A DNA stretch of 53,287 nucleotides from positions 1 to 53,287 of IMG/VR virus record IMGVR_UViG_3300028293_000002; one strand, written 5' to 3'. The stretch is from a virus (taxonomy: Duplodnaviria; Caudoviricetes). Below, in pieces: positions 8,781 through 17,733 of this stretch. A program made the position numbers and the translations under genes. Under the pieces are notes generated by a model, which was not told the origin of the DNA, did no database searches, and saw only the letters and a program-made list of their open reading frames with translations. Numbering within the stretch: the first letter of the stretch is position 1; each line of letters begins with the position of its first letter.

Positions 8781-9865
8781 GAAGCCTTGAATAACAGGTC
8801 TTGATCAGCCAGAGCGTAAATTGGCCTTACCGGCGCAATGCTGTCTCCCCACGACACGCGATAATACTTGCCGTCGGGCGGGTAAAGAAAATGGTTCCAA
8901 CCCTTCGGTATCGTGTCGGTTGCATCGTTTCGATTGTCGCGGTAAAGCCAGCGCAGTTCCACGGTGTACTCGGGGGAGCCAAGCGGCCCCATCCGCTCCT
9001 GCAGTCGCCACGGCTGAAAGAGACAGGTTTCGGCCGGGAACGACAACGAAGTATTGAAGAATGGGAGCAATAGGTCTTTGCTGTTGACGTGGCCGAGCTG
9101 AGGTCGCCACCGGCCAATCAGTGACGTAAGAGCGTCGATCGGGACGCGATACCACGTAGTCACTATTTCCGAAATGGCCCGAATAAACCCGCCGCCTGTC
9201 GCCACCTGAATCGGGGCGTTGGCGTTCGCGATGTAGGCCGGATTGGCGGCATCGTTCCAGAAGATTACAGCACGATCCAGGCTGACATACTCATTCGAGG
9301 CTGTCTGGACCGTCGTCATGTATCTCGCCCGCTCACCATAGTCGCCCCCAGCGCCGACATCGGCATTGGTGGCGATGTGGTACGGAACATGGGCGAACTC
9401 GCAGGTCACGATGGCATAGCGGTACTTTTTTCGTGCCTCGCCATCTTCCAAACTCGGGTCATATTCTGTGACCTGTTGGAAGTACTTCGGATCAATCTGG
9501 CGTGTTGCCGGGTTGTACCCAGATTCGTTCGCGTAGGCCACAGAGGGCACCCCGACGCCTACCATCCCATAGCCGTCGGGGTCGTTGAGCGGAAGGACGC
9601 GGTTCAGTAGGCCAGTGCCATCGGCTGCACCATAACCGATGAAGTTAGCGACGAATCGCTTGATCCAGTGCGGGCTGATGCGGAACTTCCAGCGCCCGCT
9701 GTTGACCCGCCCGTCCGGTGAAAAGGACAACTCCGGCGGTTCCTTGTAGCCGCGCAGGATGTCGCGCGGAAACGGTCGCCCTTCGCTCGTGCGAAATGCC
9801 GGATCGGGGTAATCGGCTGGGAAGCCGACCCCGGAGTGCTTCAGCCGTAAATCCGTACTCGGCAT
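8777..9865 (-). CDS. Putative distal tail/hub protein (362 aa)
   Basis: Immediately follows the tape measure (synteny only). Confidence 0.55.
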   Translation of the reverse strand: MPSTDLRLKHSGVGFPADYPDPAFRTSEGRPFPRDILRGYKEPPELSFSPDGRVNSGRWKFRISPHWIKRFVANFIGYGAADGTGLLNRVLPLNDPDGYGMVGVGVPSVAYANESGYNPATRQIDPKYFQQVTEYDPSLEDGEARKKYRYAIVTCEFAHVPYHIATNADVGAGGDYGERARYMTTVQTASNEYVSLDRAVIFWNDAANPAYIANANAPIQVATGGGFIRAISEIVTTWYRVPIDALTSLIGRWRPQLGHVNSKDLLLPFFNTSLSFPAETCLFQPWRLQERMGPLGSPEYTVELRWLYRDNRNDATDTIPKGWNHFLYPPDGKYYRVSWGDSIAPVRPIYALADQDLLFKAS

Positions 9866-11103
9866 TAATTGAACCCAGGCATCGCGGCTTTAATCGCGGC
9901 GATGATAATTTGTAAGATCGGCGGAGGCACCGTGCCAATCGTGCTGGCCAATATCGCCTGAAAGCCATTCTCTAAAAACGTCTTCAGCATCGTTTCGATA
10001 TTTTGGAGTGAATCCGCAGACCTGATCTGCGGATCTGCCGTCGCTTCCTCACCCGGCCGAGAGGCACGGGCAATCTCTTCGGTCAGCTTGTTGTAAAGGC
10101 TGGCCGGGTCCGTCACGCTGGCGCCACTCCAGCCCAGACCCATTGCCGATTTTTCTTTGCGGCTTACGTCGGGCATCTCAAAGCCGAGCGCGCGAAGAAT
10201 GTTGGTAAGCGGAGCGACTAGCCGCTCAAGCTGCCGCACTGAATACGTCAGCAGTTGCGTGACGACACGAATCATCCCGCCCCAAATTGCCATCTGAACG
10301 GAGAGCAGTTTGGCCCAGTAGTCGAGCTGCAGGGCCGCGAGTGGACGCAAGGCGTCGAAGAGTTCGCGGAGCGATGAGCCGAGCGCGTCGAAGTCGGCGG
10401 ACAGAAGTTCGCGAACGCTGGAAATACTGGCCCATGCCGATTGCACGGCGTCGATGATTCCCTGGAAGAACCCCTCCACGAAGGACAATGCGGATTGCAA
10501 CGCGCTGGCCCCGCCGAGCGTTCTTTTGAACGTCTCGAACAGGTAGACGAACGGCCCGAAAATCGCCTTGACGATCAGCATGGCGCTGCCGAGCGTGACG
10601 AACAAGGTTCCCAGCGCGGCCACAGTTCCGAGGATGGCTGTTGTGCGGGCCAGAGATGCAATAACGCTTTTGAAGCTGGCGGGGAGCGAATACATATAGT
10701 CGGCGAACCGCCGAATGAGATTCGTTACTTCCTGAAGTACCGGCTTGAAGATCACGCCGAACGTGGCCTTCAGGTCTATCAAGGCCCGATTGAACTGAAG
10801 CAGCGTCAGCGGATGGAACAGCCCCACGGTTTCGAGGACGACGGGGGCGAGTTTGTCGAACGTGCTGGTCAGCTTTTCAAAGGCTTCACGAGCAAGGTGA
10901 ATCGGGTTCAACTTGCCGATTAGACCTTTGGCAGACGCGCCGAGTTGATTGAGCGAGCCGGTCAGCTTCCCGATGCCTTGCTGCGCCCCGCCAAGGCTGC
11001 CCATTAGCGCCGACATCCCGCCGCCACCAGCAGCAGCGCCGGCAGCAGCGGTGCCGCCTACGGCTTCGCCGGCCAGCGCCATTGCGGCTACGGGGATTGG
11101 CAT
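9865..11103 (-). CDS. Tape measure protein (short, 412 aa)
   Basis: Ala/Leu/Gly-rich amphipathic helices; follows the frameshifted chaperone pair. Confidence 0.8.
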   Translation of the reverse strand: MPIPVAAMALAGEAVGGTAAAGAAAGGGGMSALMGSLGGAQQGIGKLTGSLNQLGASAKGLIGKLNPIHLAREAFEKLTSTFDKLAPVVLETVGLFHPLTLLQFNRALIDLKATFGVIFKPVLQEVTNLIRRFADYMYSLPASFKSVIASLARTTAILGTVAALGTLFVTLGSAMLIVKAIFGPFVYLFETFKRTLGGASALQSALSFVEGFFQGIIDAVQSAWASISSVRELLSADFDALGSSLRELFDALRPLAALQLDYWAKLLSVQMAIWGGMIRVVTQLLTYSVRQLERLVAPLTNILRALGFEMPDVSRKEKSAMGLGWSGASVTDPASLYNKLTEEIARASRPGEEATADPQIRSADSLQNIETMLKTFLENGFQAILASTIGTVPPPILQIIIAAIKAAMPGFN

Positions 11104-11391
11104 TGCTTATCCAGTCCGTGTTGCTGCCACAGCCGTTCGCAGTCTTCCCAGGTCTTTGCATACCCGCCAACAAGCCAGTGATCGAACTGCCGCTCGCGGT
11201 GAGAACGAGACGGGCCACTGTCCCCGCTCTCTTTCTTCTCTTCCGGCTTCAAGTAGACCTCGAACGCCTCGGCCCGGTTCATCTTCCCGATTACGTCGGG
11301 CGGGAAGCACCATGGCTCACCGCCGAGCGCCCGCCTGATCTCCGTCGTGCTCACGACAGGCCAGACGCCTTCAGGCCACTGACTTTTTTTT
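11088..11391 (-). CDS. Tail assembly chaperone, frameshifted C-terminal extension (gpT-like)
   Basis: Open -1 frame after the A8 run: KKSQWPEGVWP...GEPWCFPPDVIGKM... Confidence 0.75.
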
Positions 11392-11803
11392 CGAGGTCGC
11401 CAATCATCATCTTCCGAGCGTCTTCTGACACCGGAATGACGAGAGCGCATATCTGTAAAACCGCCGCTAGTTCGCTGCCTTTGACAAGTCTGAGCATGAC
11501 CTCATACGACGGGTGCGGGACGGGCATCAGCTTGCGGGCCGCGAGTTCCAGTACCTTCGCCATGCCGCCTATCGTCTGCAAATTTTGCAGTCCGAAGTCG
11601 CTGATAAACCCGCACTGAGCCAGTGAGGCGCCCTTCGACACTTCCGCGAGAAACGGGATGCGGGTTGCGGCGGGCCAATCGCGGCTGAACTCTTCGGCTT
11701 CCGCCATCGCCTGCGACCGCGCCCAGCGTGCCCACTCCTCTTCCCCGTCGAGGGAGATCATGTCGAACTTGTAGGTGATGCTCTCGAATTCCAGCGTCTG
11801 CAT
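11351..11803 (-). CDS. Tail assembly chaperone (gpG-like, 150 aa)
   Basis: Between tail tube and tape measure; slippery GAA AAA AAA near the 3' end; start moved to ATG 11803. Confidence 0.75.
   Translation of the reverse strand: MQTLEFESITYKFDMISLDGEEEWARWARSQAMAEAEEFSRDWPAATRIPFLAEVSKGASLAQCGFISDFGLQNLQTIGGMAKVLELAARKLMPVPHPSYEVMLRLVKGSELAAVLQICALVIPVSEDARKMMIGDLEKKVSGLKASGLS
11384..11391 (-). other. Programmed -1 ribosomal frameshift site (A AAA AAA)
   Basis: CTC GAA AAA AAA GTC; canonical position of the G/GT frameshift. Confidence 0.8.
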
Positions 11804-11814
11804 GCAAGCCTCTG

Positions 11815-12240
11815 TTATGCCGCGTCCGTGAACGTGCCGTCGGTCGTGCCTTCCACTTCCCACTCAATCGCGCCGCCGTTGACGACGCCGGTTTCACGGA
11901 AGCGCTCGACCATGATGACGGCGATGATCTCCAGCACGACGCGGGCGGTGATCTTGATGAACTCGTTCTCGATGGAGATGGGTGGGATCAGCGTTCCCTT
12001 GAAGTACCCCTTGAGCCGGATACGTTTGCCGACCGGGGCGCCGACGCCTTCGAGGAACGGCCCGTCGGTCGTGTCCTGGCGGGCGCGGACCAGTTCGATT
12101 TCCCGCTCGGCGACGTTGAACGAGTAATCGGTGCCGCCCGCCCAGCCGTTGACGCCATCGCCCGCGTAGCTGGCCGGCGTGGTGGTGATGGTGATCGTGC
12201 TGTTCGTGTAGCCGGGTCGCCCCTTTACCGGGTTCGGCAT
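11815..12240 (-). CDS. Major tail tube protein (141 aa)
   Basis: Synteny between terminator and chaperone; beta-rich, ends IEWEVEGTTDG. Confidence 0.7.
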   Translation of the reverse strand: MPNPVKGRPGYTNSTITITTTPASYAGDGVNGWAGGTDYSFNVAEREIELVRARQDTTDGPFLEGVGAPVGKRIRLKGYFKGTLIPPISIENEFIKITARVVLEIIAVIMVERFRETGVVNGGAIEWEVEGTTDGTFTDAA

Positions 12241-12252
12241 CTCTCACCCCTC

Positions 12253-12678
12253 CTATGCGTTCTCTCCGAACTCGATCCGGTAACTCACCTGTGCCTGATA
12301 GATCGGCTTGCCTGTCGTGCTTCGATCAGGCGACCGGCTCACCTTGTACAGCGTCCGCCAGTACCGCGCGTTCGGGTCAAAGTCGAGCACCAGCGCGGCC
12401 GGCGTGAACGTCGACTTTAAGTTTGTGGCCAGCGTCTCCACGGCATCGCTGTCATTCTCCGCGAACAGAAAGAAATCCCACTCGCCGAACACTACCGCCG
12501 GATTACCGTTCGCCTCGTCGTAGCTATCTGGCTGCGGCACCTCGCCGCCATGGATCAACACGCATTGCGGCAGCGTGGCCGCGTGATCTTCCGGCACCTC
12601 GTCAAGCCACAACACCGGCATTCCCGACATCGTGCCGTAGAGCGTCTTAATCGCTTGCAGGAGCGTGGCGCCTGGCAC
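12253..12678 (-). CDS. Tail terminator (141 aa)
   Basis: Synteny; LP.CVL and terminal Y....SY.I pattern. Confidence 0.65.
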   Translation of the reverse strand: MPGATLLQAIKTLYGTMSGMPVLWLDEVPEDHAATLPQCVLIHGGEVPQPDSYDEANGNPAVVFGEWDFFLFAENDSDAVETLATNLKSTFTPAALVLDFDPNARYWRTLYKVSRSPDRSTTGKPIYQAQVSYRIEFGENA

Positions 12679-13032
12679 TTACTTGATCTCCTGCGCTTCG
12701 ATCGTCTGGAATTCGTCCATGTTCCCAATGGCCCGCCGGCTGCTGAAGCTAATGAGCCGGAACGTGCCGAGCGTTCCACCGTCTGACTTCCGCGTGCAGG
12801 TCACGATGTCGCCGTTGACCGCTCCCGAGTATAGGGTGAAGATCCGGTGCGTGATCTTCACCCCGAGACTCAGGTTGACCAGTTGCTGGTCCGCTCGCAC
12901 GTCTTCGACCCGACAGTCTTGTGCCGTGGCCTTCGGTGTCTCCGTCCCGCGCTTCGCGCCCGCCGAATCGACCGACGTGTACGTTGCCGAAAACACGCTC
13001 ATCGAGTGCGGGAATAGCCTGGAAGGGTTCAT
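12679..13032 (-). CDS. Head closure/stopper protein (117 aa)
   Basis: Synteny; THRIFT...GDIV...F.L pattern. Confidence 0.65.
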   Translation of the reverse strand: MNPSRLFPHSMSVFSATYTSVDSAGAKRGTETPKATAQDCRVEDVRADQQLVNLSLGVKITHRIFTLYSGAVNGDIVTCTRKSDGGTLGTFRLISFSSRRAIGNMDEFQTIEAQEIK

Positions 13033-13433
13033 TTCTTGCCGACCACCTGCACCGTGGCACTCGCGGTGACTTCCTTGCCGTCCTTGTCCGTGCCGCTAGC
13101 CGTGACGATGAGCGGGCCTTGCTCGAAGCCGCGTATTCGCACGGGCGAGGTCGTGACCTTGCCCAGCCCGGCGATGATCACGTCCTTGACGCCTTCCGCC
13201 GCGGTCCAGCCGACATCGAATTCCTGATGACAGGGCACCTCGGCCGGCGCGCTCAGTGTCAGCGGGGCATCCTTGACTTCCGCGCCCTTGGCAGCAACCG
13301 GTTCGGGGCCGGCTTCCAAAGCCCCGATCAATTCGTCCTTGTTCATGGAGCTGCGGCCGGCGATGTCGGCTTTGGTAGCCTCGTCGCGCAGTTCTTCGAC
13401 CGACATATCGGCGAAGGCTTTTTTCTTGCTCAT
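13029..13433 (-). CDS. Rho-N/HeH-domain protein with a C-terminal Ig-like domain (134 aa)
   Basis: MSVEELRDEATKADIAGRSSMNKDELIGAL matches the Rho_N pattern. Confidence 0.75.
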   Translation of the reverse strand: MSKKKAFADMSVEELRDEATKADIAGRSSMNKDELIGALEAGPEPVAAKGAEVKDAPLTLSAPAEVPCHQEFDVGWTAAEGVKDVIIAGLGKVTTSPVRIRGFEQGPLIVTASGTDKDGKEVTASATVQVVGKK

Positions 13434-13451
13434 GATGAAACCTCCCAGGGA

Positions 13452-13841
13452 TTACGGAGCGTTGCGGGCCGCACGGATTTCGAGGTTCACCGTCGTCGCG
13501 GCCGTGACAAAGACGCTGGTGATGTCCGCGGCGAACGATGTCGTCGCGTTGCAGAGACTGGTATTCAATTCCCATTCCTTTGGGATGCCGGCAGTCAGAG
13601 GAATTTGCAAAGTCGCCCCGCTCGTGCTGGCGTTGAACGTCAACGTGCAGGCCGCATCCGCCACGGCGTAGAACGCCAGCGCCTGCGCCCGCGTGAAGTT
13701 CATGTCGAATTGCTTGTTCGTCGTGGCGCCCGTCGAGGAGAAGCTGACCCGCTCGTCACCCAGCGCGGCGATGGCCACGCTCTTGCTGATCGTGGTGCTG
13801 CCGTCGTTCATGCTCTTCGTCACGGTGTAGCTGATGCTCAT
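13452..13841 (-). CDS. Small beta-rich virion protein (129 aa)
   Basis: T/S/A-rich; neck region. Confidence 0.55.
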   Translation of the reverse strand: MSISYTVTKSMNDGSTTISKSVAIAALGDERVSFSSTGATTNKQFDMNFTRAQALAFYAVADAACTLTFNASTSGATLQIPLTAGIPKEWELNTSLCNATTSFAADITSVFVTAATTVNLEIRAARNAP

Positions 13842-13850
13842 GTTGACCCC

Positions 13851-14504
13851 TTACTGAAGTCGCAACCGCCGATATCGCACCACGATCTGATTCAGGCTCG
13901 GCTGCAGGAACGGCGCTTGTAGCTTCATCAGGTCCGCCGAGCTGTAGCTGTACTCGCCCAGCGATTCCCCTTGCACCGGCCCGACCGTCGTTCGCTGCAT
14001 TCGCAGCAGTTTGCAAGCCTCGTAAATCGCCAGTTTGATGTCATCGGGGATACTCGTGTACCCGCCCGAGTAAACCACCTTCACATTGCCCTGGCCCGGC
14101 ATGCTCAATGGGGTCAAGTTCCCACGTTCCAGCCAAAGTCCCCGCGGCCACACCGCATTCCGCCGCACGATGATTCCGCTCATGCTGCCGCCGCCCGGCC
14201 GATCCTGTTGCAAGTAGCATTGCGCCGTGGCCGTGTCTCCGATGGTCAAGGCCGTCGTGCTGTCGAAGGCCCGGTTGGAATCCACGTTGACGCTGGTCAA
14301 AGAATTCACTGGCACCTGTCGCACGGAGATAATCGGGCTTCCGGTCCCGTTCAGGTATTCCGTGTACGTCGCCGACTCGATCCGCCAGCCGACTAATCCT
14401 TTGAACGCTTCCTCCGCTCCCGCTCTCACGATGTCGAGATAAGCATCCTCGGTGGTCGTCGTGATCCCGAGATACGTTTTCAGGTCCGCCGTTGTCACAA
14501 GCAC
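13851..14504 (-). CDS. Head-tail adaptor (HK97 gp6/SPP1 gp15-like, 217 aa)
   Basis: LVT.ADLK.YLGI...ED.YL N-terminus; VKVVYSGGY..IPDDIKLAI C-terminus. Confidence 0.85.
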   Translation of the reverse strand: MLVTTADLKTYLGITTTTEDAYLDIVRAGAEEAFKGLVGWRIESATYTEYLNGTGSPIISVRQVPVNSLTSVNVDSNRAFDSTTALTIGDTATAQCYLQQDRPGGGSMSGIIVRRNAVWPRGLWLERGNLTPLSMPGQGNVKVVYSGGYTSIPDDIKLAIYEACKLLRMQRTTVGPVQGESLGEYSYSSADLMKLQAPFLQPSLNQIVVRYRRLRLQ

Positions 14505-14515
14505 GACGCCGCCCT

Positions 14516-15526
14516 CTAGCCGACGCCGTTCGACTCGAACTCACGCAGCAACTCCGGCGGCGCGCCCTCCTCGCAGTCGTCTTCCGGCACGAGCGGCACC
14601 GCGACCTGCTGGCCAATTAGGCTCACCGGGAAATTCTTCGGTGGGGCCGGAAAGCTGTTCCGCGCCCGTACCATCGTCTTCGGCACCTGCGGATTCACCG
14701 GCGGCTCAGCGCCGGCCGCAAGGGCTTCTCTGGTCTGCGCGACAAGGTGCTTCGGCACCCAGGCGTTCGGGTAGTTCTGCGGCTTGCCGATGATCTCTTG
14801 TTTGACGTGACCCGCCCAGGCGTCCCAGTTGCAGTAGAGCACGTTTCCGTACTCTTCCCACAGGTAGGACAGGTTCCGGGTGAACATCACGTCTTCGGTC
14901 GACGCCTTCTGAATCGCCCGCTGGTCAGTCCATTCGTAATCGAAGCGGGGATGAGGCAGCGGCTTCACCGCCCGCATGTCGATGAGGCAAACGCCCGTGG
15001 GCAGGGCGCCGGCCGGCTGAATGCCCGTCCGTAGGGCCGCTTCGTGGCGCGGCACCATGTCGAGCTTGAAGTCGACCTTCACGTCCAACCCGTTCGGCTG
15101 CAGACCGGGGTTGCGGAAGTTCACCCAGTCGAAGACGTACACGCACGCATGCGGCCCCGGTCCGCAGTACGGGGCCGCGATAACCGTGGGCACACCCTTG
15201 CGGGCCACGATATCCGTGGCGAAGTCGAACGACGATTGCCAGAATGGCTTGACGTTCGGCATCGTCGGACAGCCGAGATACAGGTCCGGCAGGTTGTCGC
15301 TGTCGAGCATCAGCACGAAGTCGTAGCCGTGCTCCTCGGCTTCCACGAGGCACTTGTTTCGCAACATCGTGATCGGTGTGTCGCTCTCCTGCCAGATGCA
15401 GTGCCGGATGATGCGCGGGTCTTTGTTCATCTGCTCGGTGGTGCGCACGACATACGTCATGAGCCGGTCGTCAATGACGTGGCCGTAGGGAAACAGAGCG
15501 ATCATCACCGAATACTTGCCGGACAT
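14516..15526 (-). CDS. GT-A fold (GT2-like) glycosyltransferase (336 aa)
   Basis: ITMLRN, YDFVLMLDSD (DxD), TGVCLID, TEDVMF, GHV motifs. Confidence 0.85.
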   Translation of the reverse strand: MSGKYSVMIALFPYGHVIDDRLMTYVVRTTEQMNKDPRIIRHCIWQESDTPITMLRNKCLVEAEEHGYDFVLMLDSDNLPDLYLGCPTMPNVKPFWQSSFDFATDIVARKGVPTVIAAPYCGPGPHACVYVFDWVNFRNPGLQPNGLDVKVDFKLDMVPRHEAALRTGIQPAGALPTGVCLIDMRAVKPLPHPRFDYEWTDQRAIQKASTEDVMFTRNLSYLWEEYGNVLYCNWDAWAGHVKQEIIGKPQNYPNAWVPKHLVAQTREALAAGAEPPVNPQVPKTMVRARNSFPAPPKNFPVSLIGQQVAVPLVPEDDCEEGAPPELLREFESNGVG

Positions 15527-15584
15527 GAACGAGCCTCAAGTGGTAACGGGGGAAACGGGCATCCCTGCCCAGCGCGGCGACCGA

Positions 15585-16004
15585 TCAAGTCGGGCTGTAC
15601 TTCTTCTGCGACATCACGCTGATCATCCCCGTGTACAGCGGGCTGGTGGTGCCGGCGATTGTCGTGACCAGCCGGACGTACCGCTGGTTCCGCTGGAACG
15701 GTCCCACCAACTCGCCCGCGGGCGGGGTAGTGGTCGCGTTCGTGGTGATGCTCGTGATCGACGCGCCGGTGATGTCCGCCCAGCCCGTCGAGCCGTCCGC
15801 CGACTCCTGCAGCTTGGCGTCATACTGCGGGCTGCCCGAGCCGCTGACATAGGCGATGCTGCTGATAAGGCAGCAGGGGCCGTCGGCGTTCACCATGTCC
15901 ACGGTCGGGCCGGTGACGCTGGCGGTGAGGCCGGCGGGGTTGTTGTTGTTGATCAGCGGCTTGTAGATCGCGCTGTGCGGGATATCCCAGAGTTTCGTGG
16001 CCAA
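15585..16004 (-). CDS. Capsid decoration/cement protein (Bbp16-like, 139 aa)
   Basis: Directly after the major capsid gene; KLQESADG..W.D and RYVRL motifs. Confidence 0.7.
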   Translation of the reverse strand: MATKLWDIPHSAIYKPLINNNNPAGLTASVTGPTVDMVNADGPCCLISSIAYVSGSGSPQYDAKLQESADGSTGWADITGASITSITTNATTTPPAGELVGPFQRNQRYVRLVTTIAGTTSPLYTGMISVMSQKKYSPT

Positions 16005-16046
16005 AGGACTTTCCTCCGTTCAGGTGGTGAGCGATGAAGCCGCGAT

Positions 16047-17495
16047 TTACACGCCGCCGTTGTTGGCGAGGCAGTCGGCGATAACGAACGAGGCCGCATG
16101 GCGGGGGCCTGCATCAAGCAGTTGAATCCCGCGCAGCCAGGTTTGGTCGTTTTGCAGCGGGGTGTCGCCGACGGCGCTGGCCAGGAACTCCATCACGCCG
16201 AAGCGAGCCACGATCCAGTCAGCGAAGTTGCCGGTCAGGACGTAGCTCTTTGTCGAGGCCGCGCCGCCGGGGGTCGTCGGGCGGGTCGTGCTGACCTGCG
16301 AGCTGGCGATGACCTTGGCGCCGAGCAGCGTCTGCGGGAGTTGCTGGCCGAGGTCGCGGAACTGGCTGAACAGGAACTGACCGGCCCCGTCGCCCGTGGT
16401 GATGGCGTCGGCGCGGAAGTTCTGGATCGCGGCCCACATGGCGCGCCGCATGATGAAGGCGTTGGGCTGCTGCACTTCGTCGGGCAGCGCCTGAATCATC
16501 GTCTGCAGGTTCGCCGGGGTCAGCGTGTTGGCAGTGATCGTGATGGCGATGAGTTTGTCGACCTGATAGCTCCACGTCGTTTGCGTGTCGTAGGTCAGCA
16601 GTCCCTTGATCTGGACACCGCCGGTGCCTTCCAGCATGCCGAGATCAGCCTTGCGGGCCGACACTCTCGCCATGTCCATCCGCACCATCGCCTCGGCTGT
16701 GGGGCTGGCGTAGCGGATCAGCTCGTTGTTCATTTTGACCAGCACGCCGAGCTTGTGGGCGATCAAATCGAGGTAGCCGGTCGCTTCGCTGCTGTCGGTG
16801 ATCGACGCTGCCTCGCCGACCCAGTACGCCGTAGCGCCGCCGGTCAGTTTGGGGAACTGGATTCGGCCGTTGGGGGGCAGGCCGATTTCCGTGGCGCCGG
16901 CGTTGGCAAACACTTCGAGGTTACGCTGGATGTCGATCAACTCGCCCAGCGTCGGGAAGCCCACCAGCACGCCGCCGGCCGCGTCGGAGATGGTGCCGAT
17001 GGCCTTCTGCAGCGTGCCGATCTGGCCGGCGTTCCAATTGGCCCGGCGCGCCAGGTGAGCGGCTTCGTAGGGGTCGAGTCCGCCGCGGTTCCAGGCGAGC
17101 GCCTTCTCGCGCATCTCGGTCTGCAGCTTCTCGCCCTCGTCATCGCCCGGCATCACCGGCAGATAGGTCGAGGACGCCGGCATACAGAACGAGTTGCCGA
17201 AATGGGATGTCCAGCCGTACTTGCCGAGGTACGACTTGAGCCGGTTGCTCAGGTCGATCTCGTTCTTGCACTGTTCGGGCTTGAGTCGGCCGCTGCAGAA
17301 GGCCACGGCGCGGAGCATGGAGTAAGGCTGCGAGTCCTGACCAGTCGGGCCGGACGTGACCCAAGGGGCACGCTGCGGCTCGGCGAGTTTCTTCTCGATG
17401 GTTTCGAGGCGCGGGCCGATCGCCTCGAGCTGGTTCTTCGTTTCCGTGTTGGACTTGGTAACGGCGTCCATCACGTCCTGCGGAGTGCAAGGCAT
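16047..17495 (-). CDS. Major capsid protein, HK97 fold (482 aa)
   Basis: GGVLV, ATAYWVGEA, HKLGVLVKMNNELI, LEGTG, LLGAKV, GNFAD motifs. Confidence 0.95.
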   Translation of the reverse strand: MPCTPQDVMDAVTKSNTETKNQLEAIGPRLETIEKKLAEPQRAPWVTSGPTGQDSQPYSMLRAVAFCSGRLKPEQCKNEIDLSNRLKSYLGKYGWTSHFGNSFCMPASSTYLPVMPGDDEGEKLQTEMREKALAWNRGGLDPYEAAHLARRANWNAGQIGTLQKAIGTISDAAGGVLVGFPTLGELIDIQRNLEVFANAGATEIGLPPNGRIQFPKLTGGATAYWVGEAASITDSSEATGYLDLIAHKLGVLVKMNNELIRYASPTAEAMVRMDMARVSARKADLGMLEGTGGVQIKGLLTYDTQTTWSYQVDKLIAITITANTLTPANLQTMIQALPDEVQQPNAFIMRRAMWAAIQNFRADAITTGDGAGQFLFSQFRDLGQQLPQTLLGAKVIASSQVSTTRPTTPGGAASTKSYVLTGNFADWIVARFGVMEFLASAVGDTPLQNDQTWLRGIQLLDAGPRHAASFVIADCLANNGGV

Positions 17496-17516
17496 TTCTT
17501 CTCTCCCGGTGGTGAA

Positions 17517-17732
17517 TCACTCCGGTTGTTTGGGCGGGCCAACCGAATCAGCCCGTTTGTATTCGCCGCACCAGCCAGTCGGGGACACGATCACCTTTTC
17601 GCCCATCGGCGGCGGCGGGTATCGCCGGCACTCGCCGAAGTTGCTGCCGCTCACAATGGTCGAGAACCGGCAGGAACCGCACACTTCTAGCCCCGGAGCT
17701 TTGCTGGTGGGCAGCTCCATTCGCTTCGCCAT
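17517..17732 (-). CDS. Small Cys-rich metal-binding protein (71 aa)
   Basis: CGSCRF...GECRRYPP...WCGEY. Confidence 0.7.
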   Translation of the reverse strand: MAKRMELPTSKAPGLEVCGSCRFSTIVSGSNFGECRRYPPPPMGEKVIVSPTGWCGEYKRADSVGPPKQPE

Positions 17733-17733
17733 G

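Noticed and set aside
16098-17690. 530-aa plus-strand ORF and similar long antisense ORFs (1988..3244, 12921..13922, 19793..20719, 33298..34377, 43123..44025, 49708..50670)
   Set aside because: Shadow frames of real genes in high-GC DNA, with no recognisable motifs
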